From: a virus
IMG/VR virus record: IMGVR_UViG_3300029728_000034
Direction: 5' to 3' (one strand)
Length of the DNA stretch: 31,195 nucleotides
Shown here: piece after piece, positions 10,544 to 20,133 of the stretch
Position numbering within the stretch: position 1 is the first letter of the stretch
Layout of the letters: the number at the start of each line of letters is the position of its first letter
Program-made: the position numbers and the translations under genes
The notes under the pieces: model-generated
What the model was told of the DNA's origin: nothing
Seen by the model: only the letters and a program-made list of their open reading frames with translations
Database searches by the model: none

Positions 10544-10764
10544 TGGAACATTTACATATTGAAACTAGCATATTTATAAAGTTATACTCTGATGAAGGAT
10601 ATTTTATTACCTCATATAAAGAAGGTGATGATATTAAAGAGTATAGTGCATCAACTATTTTATATTGCCCTTTAACCTTTGATATATCTATTTATAGGGT
10701 TATTGATGCAGAAACAAATGAAAGATATTTAAAAGAACAAGAGGAATCTTATAAAAATAAATAA
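10543..10764 (+). CDS. Small conserved protein (73 aa), paralog of 14086..14322; possible fibre chaperone or adaptor
   Basis: It shares the EGY..T.YKEG.DIK.YS motif and the same position as 14086..14322. Its ATG overlaps the upstream TAA by 1 nt. Confidence 0.55.
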   Translation: MEHLHIETSIFIKLYSDEGYFITSYKEGDDIKEYSASTILYCPLTFDISIYRVIDAETNERYLKEQEESYKNK

Positions 10765-10765
10765 T

Positions 10766-12961
10766 ATGGCAAACGAAACTGAAAAGACAATTCTTCCTTA
10801 TCTTAATGTCCTTGAAGTCGAAACAATAGATAAGTCAAATGTGACTAAAGTTATTGTTATTGACAAGGATGATGAAGTTAAGGTTATGGATGGTTTTCAG
10901 TTAGGAACAAACAGTTATTTTGATATTCAAAATAAGCCTGAAATTAATGGAGTTGAGTTAAATGGAAGTATGACTTCTGATGAACTTGGAATTCCATCAG
11001 TTGAAGGTGTTGATAATCAGATTACTGAGAAACTAACTGACTATCCAACTAAAGAAGAGGTAACTGCAGAGATTACTGAAGCCACTGCTGGAAAGCAAAA
11101 TACACTTGTTCAAGGTGATGGTATAGTAATTGAAGAGAATACTATTTCTGCAGATTATAACACTATTCGTAACAAACCATCTTTAAATGGAACTGAATTA
11201 TCTGGAGCAGCTTCAATCGTACCTGCCATTAATATTCAATCAGTCCCATCTAAAGTAACTTTAGCTCCTGTATTTGGTAATCAAACTGGAGAAGCAGTTG
11301 AACTTCCAATATATAATACAGAGACTAACCAAGCTGGTATTGTTAATGGTCCTCTATATGCACAATTAGCAGATAAATATACTAAAGCTGAAATTGATGC
11401 TTTAAATACAGCTATTAATAAAGAGATAGCTTCAAAACAGGGAACGCTTACAGCAGGAAAGAATATATCTATTATAGATAATGTAATCTCTGCTTTTGAG
11501 AATCATTTCTTACTTAATTTAGATGAGAATGATCCTGTAAGACAGAAACATATCTATGACTTTATTAGAACTAATCTGGACTTCTATTTATTCTGCCAGA
11601 TTACATATAAAGGTGATATTATAGTTATTCCTGTTGCAACTATTGAGCATCCTGAAACTATTGATTTATATGGTTATTATTTCCAAGATAATGATGTACT
11701 AGTAGTTATTAATGCAATCTTAGTAAATAATGGTAATATGACTGTTAAAGTTACTGAGGTTGATCTTACTAATAAAGGATATACTAAAGAAGAAGTAGAT
11801 GCCAAACTTGAGGAAAAACAAGGAGTATTTGCTCCTCAAGCTCCATTAGCTTTTAATGAAGATAAGACTCAATTATCTGTAGATTTATCTACTTATGCAA
11901 CTAATGATAAGGTTAATACATTAGAAACTTCTTTAGAAGGAAAAATAGATCTAAAACAAGATAAAGGAGATTATGCTTTAAAGAGTGATATTCCAACTAA
12001 AGTTAGTGAGCTTACTAATGATTCTAACTTTGTAACTGAAGCAGAGGTTTCTGGAGATTTAGCAGGTAAAGCAGATAAGACTTATGTTGATGAGCAGCTT
12101 GCTACTAAACAGCCTGTAGGAGATTATGCAACAAAAACAGAACTTGCTGGTAAAGCTGATTCTTCTGTGGTAGAATCTTTATCTACTCAAGTAGCAACTA
12201 ATACTTCAGACATATCAATTATTAAAACAAAGCAAGAAGAAGATGGAAATAAGATTGATTCACTTGATAAAGAGATGGCTACTAAGCAAGATTTACTTGT
12301 AAGTGGAACTAATATCAAAACAATCAATAGTCAGTCTTTACTTGGAGAAGGTAATATAGAAATTGAAAGTGGTTCTAATATTCCATTTCTATTTATAAAT
12401 TCCACTACTCATCTTTCTGGAGATTTCGCTGCTGTTAAGAATGCTATAGCTAATAAAACACCATTTGAGCTTTATTATGTAAATATTCTAGGTTATGGTG
12501 ATATAGCAGCTCCAGAAGTATGTTTTGTTTCAGGAGAAAATATTCAAGCTACTTTCCATTTTGAAAGTACTACAGCTAATCATACTGTAGTTCAAACTAC
12601 TATTACTCCAACTGGAGTATCAGCAGATACTAGTTATCGTAGTTATCAGGAGCAATTAGTCTCTGGGACTAATATAAAGACTATTAATGGTGAAAGTATT
12701 TTAGGAGAAGGTAATCTTGAAATATCTGGAGGTGGAGGGACTACTGACTATACTCAGTTAACAAATAAACCTCAGATTAATTCTGTTGAGTTATCTGGCA
12801 ATAAGAGTTTATCAGATTTAGGTATTCAGCCTGCTGGAAACTATATTGAAGCTGGAACTGGAACCCCACCTCAAATAAATACTATTACTGTTCTAACTCA
12901 ATCAGAGTATGATGGTTTATCAACTAAAGATCCTAATACACAATATTTAATTGTAGAATAA
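10766..12961 (+). CDS. Tail fibre protein, 731 aa, internally repetitive
   Basis: Three NKP-x-ING-x-EL-G motifs are present. LVSGTNIKTIN..S.LGEGN.EI occurs twice (about 12296 and 12656). There are coiled heptad-like stretches (GKADKTYVDEQLATKQ, ELAGKADSS). The protein contains no Trp. Confidence 0.7.
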   Translation: MANETEKTILPYLNVLEVETIDKSNVTKVIVIDKDDEVKVMDGFQLGTNSYFDIQNKPEINGVELNGSMTSDELGIPSVEGVDNQITEKLTDYPTKEEVTAEITEATAGKQNTLVQGDGIVIEENTISADYNTIRNKPSLNGTELSGAASIVPAINIQSVPSKVTLAPVFGNQTGEAVELPIYNTETNQAGIVNGPLYAQLADKYTKAEIDALNTAINKEIASKQGTLTAGKNISIIDNVISAFENHFLLNLDENDPVRQKHIYDFIRTNLDFYLFCQITYKGDIIVIPVATIEHPETIDLYGYYFQDNDVLVVINAILVNNGNMTVKVTEVDLTNKGYTKEEVDAKLEEKQGVFAPQAPLAFNEDKTQLSVDLSTYATNDKVNTLETSLEGKIDLKQDKGDYALKSDIPTKVSELTNDSNFVTEAEVSGDLAGKADKTYVDEQLATKQPVGDYATKTELAGKADSSVVESLSTQVATNTSDISIIKTKQEEDGNKIDSLDKEMATKQDLLVSGTNIKTINSQSLLGEGNIEIESGSNIPFLFINSTTHLSGDFAAVKNAIANKTPFELYYVNILGYGDIAAPEVCFVSGENIQATFHFESTTANHTVVQTTITPTGVSADTSYRSYQEQLVSGTNIKTINGESILGEGNLEISGGGGTTDYTQLTNKPQINSVELSGNKSLSDLGIQPAGNYIEAGTGTPPQINTITVLTQSEYDGLSTKDPNTQYLIVE

Positions 12962-12962
12962 T

Positions 12963-14102
12963 ATGAATATTAGAGATGATTTAAAGACATTTTATGTAGG
13001 CGACAGACAAGGTACTGCTATTTATGTCGGCAGTACCAAAGTCTGGCCTATCAATCCTTGTAATCCACAAATAGTTACAGTTGCTAATCCAGTTCCTCAA
13101 GGTACTACAATAGTTGATCCTTGCAGTTATGTATTTAGCAGTTATGATGGAACTATAAATGATATACAAAGGGATTGAATGGGTAGAGGATCTGGTTATA
13201 ATTCTACAGTAATTAGCTTCACTGCTGATTTAAGTGAATTAGCCCTTAATATAGATGGTGTACCTCTTTGTAGTATTATAGGTTCTGCTCAAACATATGC
13301 AGATGTAAAGTTAAATAGTGGAGATTTAAGTAAAAAAGGAGGGTTTTTTAACACATCTCATTTTGATCTAAATAACCAGGAGATTACTAATCTTAATGAA
13401 GCATATGGACGATGGGCTAATGAATCTCAAATTTGGGGTCAAATAATACATAGTGCTACTTTATCTAATGTTAAAATACCTACAACTACTAAAGAAGTAA
13501 GTGCAAATTATTTATTTATTGGAGTAGAAATAGATAATAATGATTTCTCTGTAATGAATAATTTTCAAAATCTTGTATTAGTAGATCCAAAATGGGCATT
13601 TGCAGAAACTAGTGATGGAGCTACTAATATAGATAATATAACGATTAATATTCCATTTAAAGGAGATTGTAATCATATGTTTCATAGAGCATTATATCTA
13701 ACAACTATTCCAAGTAATTTTACCTTTACTGGAATTACAGATATAAGCTATATGTTTAGTGCTTGTAGTAGGTTAATAGCTACACCAGAAATAGATTGCC
13801 ATCTTGTTACAGATTGTACTAGTTTTGCGGCATCTTGTCCAGAATTAGTAACTGTAGGAGCTTTAAATGGATTAGGAGAGAGTTTAACTAAAGGAGGCAT
13901 TCTTTATTTTGCACAATCTCCAAATCTATCTACAGATTCATTACAAACTATAGCTGAATCTATTGGCACAGCAGTAGCCTCTTATACAAGTATATCATTC
14001 AAATCTACTGTATATGATAAATTAACAAGTGAACAGAAATCATTAATAGCTTCAAAGAATTGAAGTATAAATCGATTGCATAATTATGAAAATTGAAATT
14101 AA
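12963..14102 (+). CDS. Receptor-binding candidate 2, LRR/DUF285-like paralog, 379 aa
   Basis: ORFs 12963..13178 and 13179..14063 share a frame across TGA 13176. Reading through TGA 14061 and TGA 14094 reaches TAA 14100..14102. The shared C-terminal block is ...LTSEQKSLIASKN-W. Motifs such as CNHMFHRALYLTTIP and SYMFSACSRLIATP are present. Confidence 0.6.
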
Positions 14103-14322
14103 AGAAAAATATAAAGTAGTTAGTCCAGAAGAAGGTTATGTACTTACTAACTATAAAGAAGGAATGGATATTAAATTATACAGTTCATTTACTGAATGTA
14201 TCTGTCCTTTAAGTTGCTATTTAGAGCATCTATCAGAAGTCTCTTTAGATAAGGATGCTGAATATAAAGAATTAGCTATTAAAGCTTCTAAAGAGTATGA
14301 GGAATCAATAAAAGTTAGATAA
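14086..14322 (+). CDS. Small conserved protein (78 aa), paralog of 10543..10764
   Basis: The EEGYVLTNYKEGMDIKLYS motif matches 10543..10764, and the cassette position is the same. Confidence 0.55.
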   Translation: MKIEIKEKYKVVSPEEGYVLTNYKEGMDIKLYSSFTECICPLSCYLEHLSEVSLDKDAEYKELAIKASKEYEESIKVR

Positions 14323-14324
14323 TT

Positions 14325-14978
14325 ATGATTATACTTAAGAACACTAAAAATACACAAACTTTTTATGTAAGTAAGAAATGTGGTATTGAATCTGGACAAC
14401 TTCCTGTTGGTTCTTATACTAAGATTGAAGCAGATGAAAGATTCCAACCTAAAGGTAATTACATTTCTGAAGAGAAAGCAGAAGAGTTAATTGATACTAA
14501 AGTAACAGAAAGTATTGAAGATCAAGTTCCTCCTTTAGTAGATCAATCTATAGATGCTAAGCTTGTTCCAATTAATACTGAGATTACTAATCTTAAAGGG
14601 GAAGTTGAGGAGTTAGAAACTTCTAAGATGGAAGTATTCCAAGCTAATCAACCTCTATCTTTACATAGAAATGGAGAAGGTTTGCAACTATCTGTAGATT
14701 TAAGTAATTATGCAACTAAAGTAGAAATTCCTGATACTAGTGATTTTGCTACTAAAGAAGAACTTACAGCTGTAGAGAATAAGATTCCTGATGTATCTGG
14801 ATTAGCTACTAAAGATGAAGTTGCACTTAAAGCAGATAAAAGTGAGTTATCAAACTATGTAACTACAGATGCATATAATACAAAGATGACAGAGTTAGAT
14901 GGAGAAATCTCAGCAATTCAAGCTCAGATTGGTAATATTTCAACTACTCTTGATACAATTAATGGTGAAGTAATCTAA
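14325..14978 (+). CDS. Short tail fibre protein, 217 aa
   Basis: It shares LQLSVDLSNYATK and repeated ATKEEL/ATKDEV/KADKSEL motifs with the 10766..12961 fibre. The C-terminus is coiled-coil-like. Confidence 0.6.
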   Translation: MIILKNTKNTQTFYVSKKCGIESGQLPVGSYTKIEADERFQPKGNYISEEKAEELIDTKVTESIEDQVPPLVDQSIDAKLVPINTEITNLKGEVEELETSKMEVFQANQPLSLHRNGEGLQLSVDLSNYATKVEIPDTSDFATKEELTAVENKIPDVSGLATKDEVALKADKSELSNYVTTDAYNTKMTELDGEISAIQAQIGNISTTLDTINGEVI

Positions 14979-14979
14979 T

Positions 14980-15951
14980 ATGGCAAATACAATTTCTGAT
15001 AAATTAACGTATCTTGAAGGTACTAAGAGTGCCATTAAAGATGCTATTGTAGCTAAAGGTGTTGCTGTATCAGATTCCGATACCTTTAGAAGCTATGCAG
15101 ATAAGATAGGACAGATTTCTGGAGGTGGTGGAGGAAAGGTTAATTTAAATGATTATGGATTAACATTTGCATATTCTAGTATGACACAAGAGCAATATAA
15201 TAATAATATAGAATATTCTCTTCCAGATAATATAAATCATTGATTTGAGGGGACTAATTTCAGATCTACAATAGATATATCAAGTCATATTGATCTGTCT
15301 AAAGTATATGACGCATCATATGCCTTCCAAAACACATATAATATATATATTGATAATATAAGAATTAGTGTTGGGAATTCGTACGCATTTTCTGGATTTC
15401 AAGGCATACTAAATAATTTAGAATTAATTAATACCTTATACTCTGGTCAAAATTATGCAACAAGAACATTCTTTAATGCTTCTAATTTACCAACTACTTT
15501 AAAAGTGATAAATGAAGTTGATACTGGTGTATCATCTTTACAATTTTTCTTTTATTCTGTTAGAAGTAATGTTCCTGAAATTGAAGTTATTAATGGACAA
15601 CTATCTTTATATCGTTACTTTAGTTCATATGATGAGGGTGTTACAACAGTAGGAAAAATTAAATTAAATAATTGCACATTAACAGCAGATCTAAATAAAA
15701 CTTCAATATGTGCATCTGCTAATACTACTGTTACTTATTTTGGGGGTGTTGAAGGAGCTGATAAAAGTATGAATTTAGCAAATTTTAGAGCACTAAATAG
15801 TCAATCAGTAACTGATATTATTACAAATGTTAGTGATTTAACTGGAAAGGATACCAAAACTTTAACTTTTTATACTAACGTTTATAATGCACTTACTGAG
15901 GAACAGAAATCATTAGCTACATCTAAAAACTGAACTTTAGCATCAGCATAA
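14980..15951 (+). CDS. Receptor-binding candidate 3, LRR-like paralog, 323 aa
   Basis: ORFs 14980..15243 and 15505..15933 are in the same frame. I translated across the gap by hand and found only TGA 15241 and TGA 15931 as interruptions. Stop is TAA 15949..15951. The C-terminus is LTGKDTKTLTF...LTEEQKSLATSKN-W-TLASA. Confidence 0.65.
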
Positions 15952-15955
15952 TTTT

Positions 15956-16005
15956 TGTCAGTTTTTATTTTTTCTTAGTACTTTGAGTGAGTAAAAAACT
16001 TGACA
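15956..16005 (+). promoter_or_regulatory. Conserved intergenic element, copy 2
   Basis: tgtcagtttttattttttcttagtactttgagtgagtaaaaaacttgaca. The core at 15988..16005 is identical to the other copies. It starts 5 nt after the upstream stop codon. Confidence 0.6.
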
Positions 16006-16031
16006 TTAAAGGAGGCTTAGGTCTCCTTTAA
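16006..16031 (+). terminator. Hairpin directly following element copy 2 (ttaaaggag / ctcctttaa, 8-nt loop)
   Basis: A 9-bp stem read directly, followed by ttatttta. It could be a terminator or a 5'-terminal stabilising hairpin. Confidence 0.45.
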
Positions 16032-16077
16032 TTATTTTAATACATTAGTAAATTGGTTTATATTTTAAGAAAAAGAT

Positions 16078-16107
16078 ATGTAAAAGTAATGTAAAACTAT
16101 GTAAAAT
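16078..16107 (+). repeat. Three tandem ATGTAAAA units (period 11 then 10 nt) abutting the 16108 start codon
   Basis: atgtaaaagta atgtaaaact atgtaaaat ATG. Each unit is a minimal start-stop (ATG TAA). Confidence 0.7.
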
Positions 16108-16500
16108 ATGAACTACAGTTTAATTCTTCAACATACAACTACTAAAGAAGTTTATACATTTAATCTTGAAAATCAGAATTATTCTGAGAATATCTACTAT
16201 AAGTTTGATATTACACTTCAAGAAGGAATGAGAGACGGTGAATATCAATATATTTTATTTACTAATCCAAATAAATTTCAAGTTATAGTTGATGTAAACA
16301 ATCCATTTAGATCAGAGTTATATGGCAATCCAGTTATTCTGGTTACATATAATAATACTCTTACTAATGGTACTCAGATATTAGTTGCTGGTAAACCTAT
16401 ACCTATATTGGGAACAGGATTAATAAGAATTGGAGATTATGAAAATAATAATTATCAATACGACAAACCTAATACATACGTAAGTTATGAGCGAAAATAA
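16108..16500 (+). CDS. Hypothetical protein, 130 aa (first gene of the portal-containing unit)
   Basis: An intact ORF with an ATG start and TAA stop, overlapped by the portal start. I recognised no motif. Confidence 0.5.
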   Translation: MNYSLILQHTTTKEVYTFNLENQNYSENIYYKFDITLQEGMRDGEYQYILFTNPNKFQVIVDVNNPFRSELYGNPVILVTYNNTLTNGTQILVAGKPIPILGTGLIRIGDYENNNYQYDKPNTYVSYERK

Positions 16501-17578
16501 AACAAAAGTTCAGTTAAGTGCTATTGATCCATTTATTGCAAGTAATATCGTATTACCTACAGAAACTAAAGTGAGAGGAAAAGATTATGTAATGTGAGGA
16601 GAAGATAATAAATATCCATTATATCTATGGGATTTATATTTAAATGTTGCCACTCTCCAATCCATTATTAATGGTTCTGCTGACTTTATTGTTGGTAACG
16701 ATGTTAAATGTAATGCTCCAGGATTTGAAGTAGTTGTAAACAAGAAAGGTGAAACAATAGTTGATATAATGAGAAAAATCACTATTGATAAGATGATATT
16801 CGGAGGTTATGCTATCCAAGTAATTAGAGATATGCTTGGAAGAGTTGCAGAGATATATCATATTGATTTTATGAATGTAAGGTCGAGTGAAAAGAATGAT
16901 GTATTATATTATGCAACTGATTGGACAGCTTGGTCTGTAAAAGCTATAAAATATCCAAAATTTGGAGCTGGGGATGAAAATCCAGCTAGTATATTTTATA
17001 ATAAAGGTTATATAACAAGAGGAGTATATCCTATTCCTGTTTATGGAGCTGCTATTTTATCTTGTGAAACTGAGAAAAATATTAATGAATTCCATTTAAA
17101 TAATATCAATAATGGATTTATGGGTAATCTTATTATTAACTTTAATAATGGGGAACCTACAGATGAAATTAGAGAGGAGATTGAGAGGAATATTAATGAG
17201 AAGTTCTCTGGTTATCAGAATGCTGGCAGAATATTGATTTCATATAATGCAGATGAGGCAAATAAGACTACTATTGAAAGATTAGATTCTGATGATTTTG
17301 ATGAGAAATATCAATCATTATCTGAGAGAACCAGAGATCAAATATTCTGTGCCTTCAGAGCTAATCCTTCGTTGTTCGGTTTAAACTATAGCTCAGGATT
17401 TAATGAAAATGAGTTTAATGAAGCATTTAAGCTATATAATCGTACTTTTGTACGCCCAATACAATCAGAAATTTGTGACTCATTTGATAAAATCTTCGGC
17501 ATTAAGAATAGTATTACTATTGAACCATTTAGTTTAACTCCAAAAGGAATGTCAGACAATGCAGAAAATGTTGAATAA
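16487..17578 (+). CDS. Portal protein, 363 aa
   Basis: ATG 16487 is in the same frame as track ORF 16769..17578, with a single TGA at 16595. The N-terminus DYVM-W-GEDNKYPLYL and the body motifs (YNKGYITRGVYPIP, RANPSLFG) are portal-like. Confidence 0.7.
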
Positions 17579-18221
17579 TTATACAGTGTACTGCCATAAG
17601 AATATAGCTGATAATAAATTATATTTTGGAATAACATCACTTACTTTAAATAATAGATGGGGAACTAAAGGTCAAGGTTACAAGAATAATCTTTATTTTA
17701 GCAGAGCAATTAAAAAATATGGTTGAGATAATTTTGAGCATATTATAATTAGAGATAATCTTCCAGAAGCTTGTGCTAAGACTTTAGAAAAGATTCTGAT
17801 TTATAAGTATAATACTAGAAATCCAAAATATGGGTATAATTTAACTGATGGAGGAGACGGTACTTGTGGATATTCTTTTTCACAAGATTATAAAGATAGT
17901 CTTAGAATTATAAGATCAGGAGAAAATAACTCATTTTATGGTAAACAGCATTCAGATGAAAGCAAGCGTAAAATGAGGGAGGCAAGATTAGGCAAAACTC
18001 CTTGAAATAAAGGTATGAAACTCTCAGATAAAGAAAAACAACTAATTTCAGAACGTCAGTGCAAAAAAGTATATAAGTATGATTTAGATGGTAATTTTAT
18101 TTGTGAGTATAAATCAGCTAAGGAAGCTGGAGAGAAGAATAATGTAGATTCTTCTAGTATATCTAGATCTTGTAGAAAAAATAAACCCTGCAAAAATTAT
18201 AAATATTATTATGGAATATAG
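17568..18221 (+). CDS. GIY-YIG homing endonuclease 1 (with NUMOD3-like repeats and a C-terminal DNA-binding domain)
   Basis: MLNNYTVYCHKNIADNKLYFGIT (a GIY-YIG variant), then AIKKYG-W-DNFEH, NNSFYGKQHSDESKRKM and GKTP-W-NKG. TGAs are at 17724 and 18003. The ATG overlaps the portal 3' end. Stop is TAG. Confidence 0.8.
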
Positions 18222-18888
18222 AAATGTACTATTAATATCTGAAGATTATATAAAATCAGAATCCAATTTAGACAATAATGTTTCTGGTAAATATCTTCAG
18301 TCAGCAATTAAACTTGCACAAGATATTGAGCTTCAGTCATTAATTGGAACTAAGCTCTTAGAAAAGATTCAGAAATTAGTAATTGATTGGAAAGATCCAA
18401 ATAAACCAGTTCATCCAATAGAACCTCCTATTTATGATCCTACTTCAATAGATGACCCAGAAAATCATAGATATAAAGAATTGCTAGATTACTATATTCA
18501 GCCTTATTTACTTTATCAAGTATTAAGTGAGATTACTATACCCATCTCATTTAAGCTGAGTAATTTTGGGGTTATGAGGACTGATGATGAGAAAGATTTA
18601 ACTTCTGATATTAGCCAAGTTAATCTTATTAAGAAATATTATAGAGATAAAGCAGATTTCTTTAAAACGAGATTACAAAATTGGGTAATTACATATTATA
18701 ATGATTTTCCTGAATTGTATTCTTATAAACCTCTTAAAGATATGTATCCAAATATGTATTCAAGTTCATCTTGTACTATTTGGTTAGGTGGAGCTAGAGG
18801 TAAAGGTTGGAGATATAATTCTTGTGAAGGTCCTCTGCAAAGAGCTTATGATTTCCCTTCAAGTGATAACAATAAAAAGAGTAAGTAA
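18211..18888 (+). CDS. Putative head-tail connector / head completion protein
   Basis: A 225-aa ORF after portal. Its N-terminal pattern (ISEDYIKSES.LD.NV...YLQSAIKLAQDIELQSLIGTKL) resembles gp6-like adaptor families. The call is based on position and is weak. Confidence 0.4.
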   Translation: MEYRNVLLISEDYIKSESNLDNNVSGKYLQSAIKLAQDIELQSLIGTKLLEKIQKLVIDWKDPNKPVHPIEPPIYDPTSIDDPENHRYKELLDYYIQPYLLYQVLSEITIPISFKLSNFGVMRTDDEKDLTSDISQVNLIKKYYRDKADFFKTRLQNWVITYYNDFPELYSYKPLKDMYPNMYSSSSCTIWLGGARGKGWRYNSCEGPLQRAYDFPSSDNNKKSK

Positions 18889-18889
18889 A

Positions 18890-19315
18890 ATGACGTATTT
18901 TGAATTAATAAACAATTTAAAAGCTTGTGCTCTTGAAGAACCCAATATTAATTTTGTAGGAAGTAAGGATATATATGAACTTAATAGTATCCCAACTATT
19001 GAATATAATGTATTTTATATAACTCCAAATACATTTAATATGGATGAGGATACTATTACTTACTCTTTAAATCTCTATTTTATAGCAAGATGGGATGAAA
19101 CTGATAATAATCAGCTTGAAGAGCAATCAGCTGGAATATTAGCATTAACTAATATAATTAACCGATTTAATAACCAATATCCAGAAGTTGATATTTCTTA
19201 TCCTTTAATTTTTACTCCATTTTATCAGAAGTTCAAAGATATTTGTACTGGAGTATTTGTTAGAGTTGATTTAGCTGTAGACAATACTCTGGGTACTTGT
19301 TCTGATAATATGTAA
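18890..19315 (+). CDS. Hypothetical structural (neck/tail-terminator region) protein, 141 aa
   Basis: I preferred ATG 18890, just after the upstream TAA, over the track's alternative start at 18788, which would overlap the previous gene by 100 nt. Confidence 0.5.
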   Translation: MTYFELINNLKACALEEPNINFVGSKDIYELNSIPTIEYNVFYITPNTFNMDEDTITYSLNLYFIARWDETDNNQLEEQSAGILALTNIINRFNNQYPEVDISYPLIFTPFYQKFKDICTGVFVRVDLAVDNTLGTCSDNM

Positions 19316-19968
19316 TGGAAAATAAATTAAACTGGTTTGGAAAGGTATTAGAATGAGTAGATAAATATGGACTGTGGAAAATAATTAAAGGTGGATTTGG
19401 ATTTATATTTATTTCTTATGTAATAATTATAAGTACTAATCCAGGAATAATATATGATAAAGTTGTAAGTTATATAGAAACAGTTCATAATACTAATCAA
19501 GTAATACGACAAGAAGCGGATCTTAAGGTTAGATATATCCTTAAAGATCTTTTAAATGATACGAATGCAGATAGAGCTTGAGTTATTGAGTATCATAATG
19601 GCACTTCAGGATTAGGAGGATTACCATTCACTTATGGAATTATGAATAGTGAAGAAACAGAACCTGGAGTTGCTCCAGTTTCAAGTCACTATAAAGACTT
19701 CCTATTATCTGATTATTTATTTATATTGGAAACATCTAAAAAAGGAGGATGATTTGGAGATGTTGAAGATATAAAGGAATTAGATAGAAGAATGTATTAT
19801 GCATTTAAATCTAATGAGGTTAATAAGATTGCAATATTCTATTTAAAATCAGAAGATAGAGATATTGGAATTTTAGGATTATCTTATTGTGATAATGAGA
19901 TGCCAGTTGATACTTGAGTAAAACTAAGAGATACAGGAATTAAAGTAAGTATAATTTTAAATAAATAA
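19315..19968 (+). CDS. Membrane-anchored protein of unknown function, 217 aa
   Basis: I translated it by hand. It has 4 sense TGAs (19354, 19579, 19750, 19915) and an N-terminal TM helix (IIKGGFGFIFISYVIIISTNP). It lies immediately upstream of the holin-like gene and the endolysin. Confidence 0.6.
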
Positions 19969-19971
19969 GTT

Positions 19972-20133
19972 ATGAAATATTGGATGAAATATTTAATAGC
20001 AATAGTAATTATAATCTTAGTATTTTTAATGGTAAAAGTAATTCCATTTTGGATTACATTAGTACTCATAGCACTTGGTGCAGGATGTCATTTATTTTAC
20101 CGTTATACTATGCTTAAAGATATTATTAAATAA
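19972..20133 (+). CDS. Holin candidate, 53 aa, two predicted TM helices
   Basis: MKYWMKYLIAIVIIILVFLMVKVIPFWITLVLIALGAGCHLFYRY... Its stop overlaps the endolysin ATG (taATGa). Confidence 0.45.
   Translation: MKYWMKYLIAIVIIILVFLMVKVIPFWITLVLIALGAGCHLFYRYTMLKDIIK

Noticed and set aside
18788-18889. The track start at 18788 for ORF 18788..19315.
   Set aside because: It would overlap the preceding gene by 100 nt. ATG 18890 follows the upstream TAA directly and gives a clean MTYFELINNLK N-terminus.
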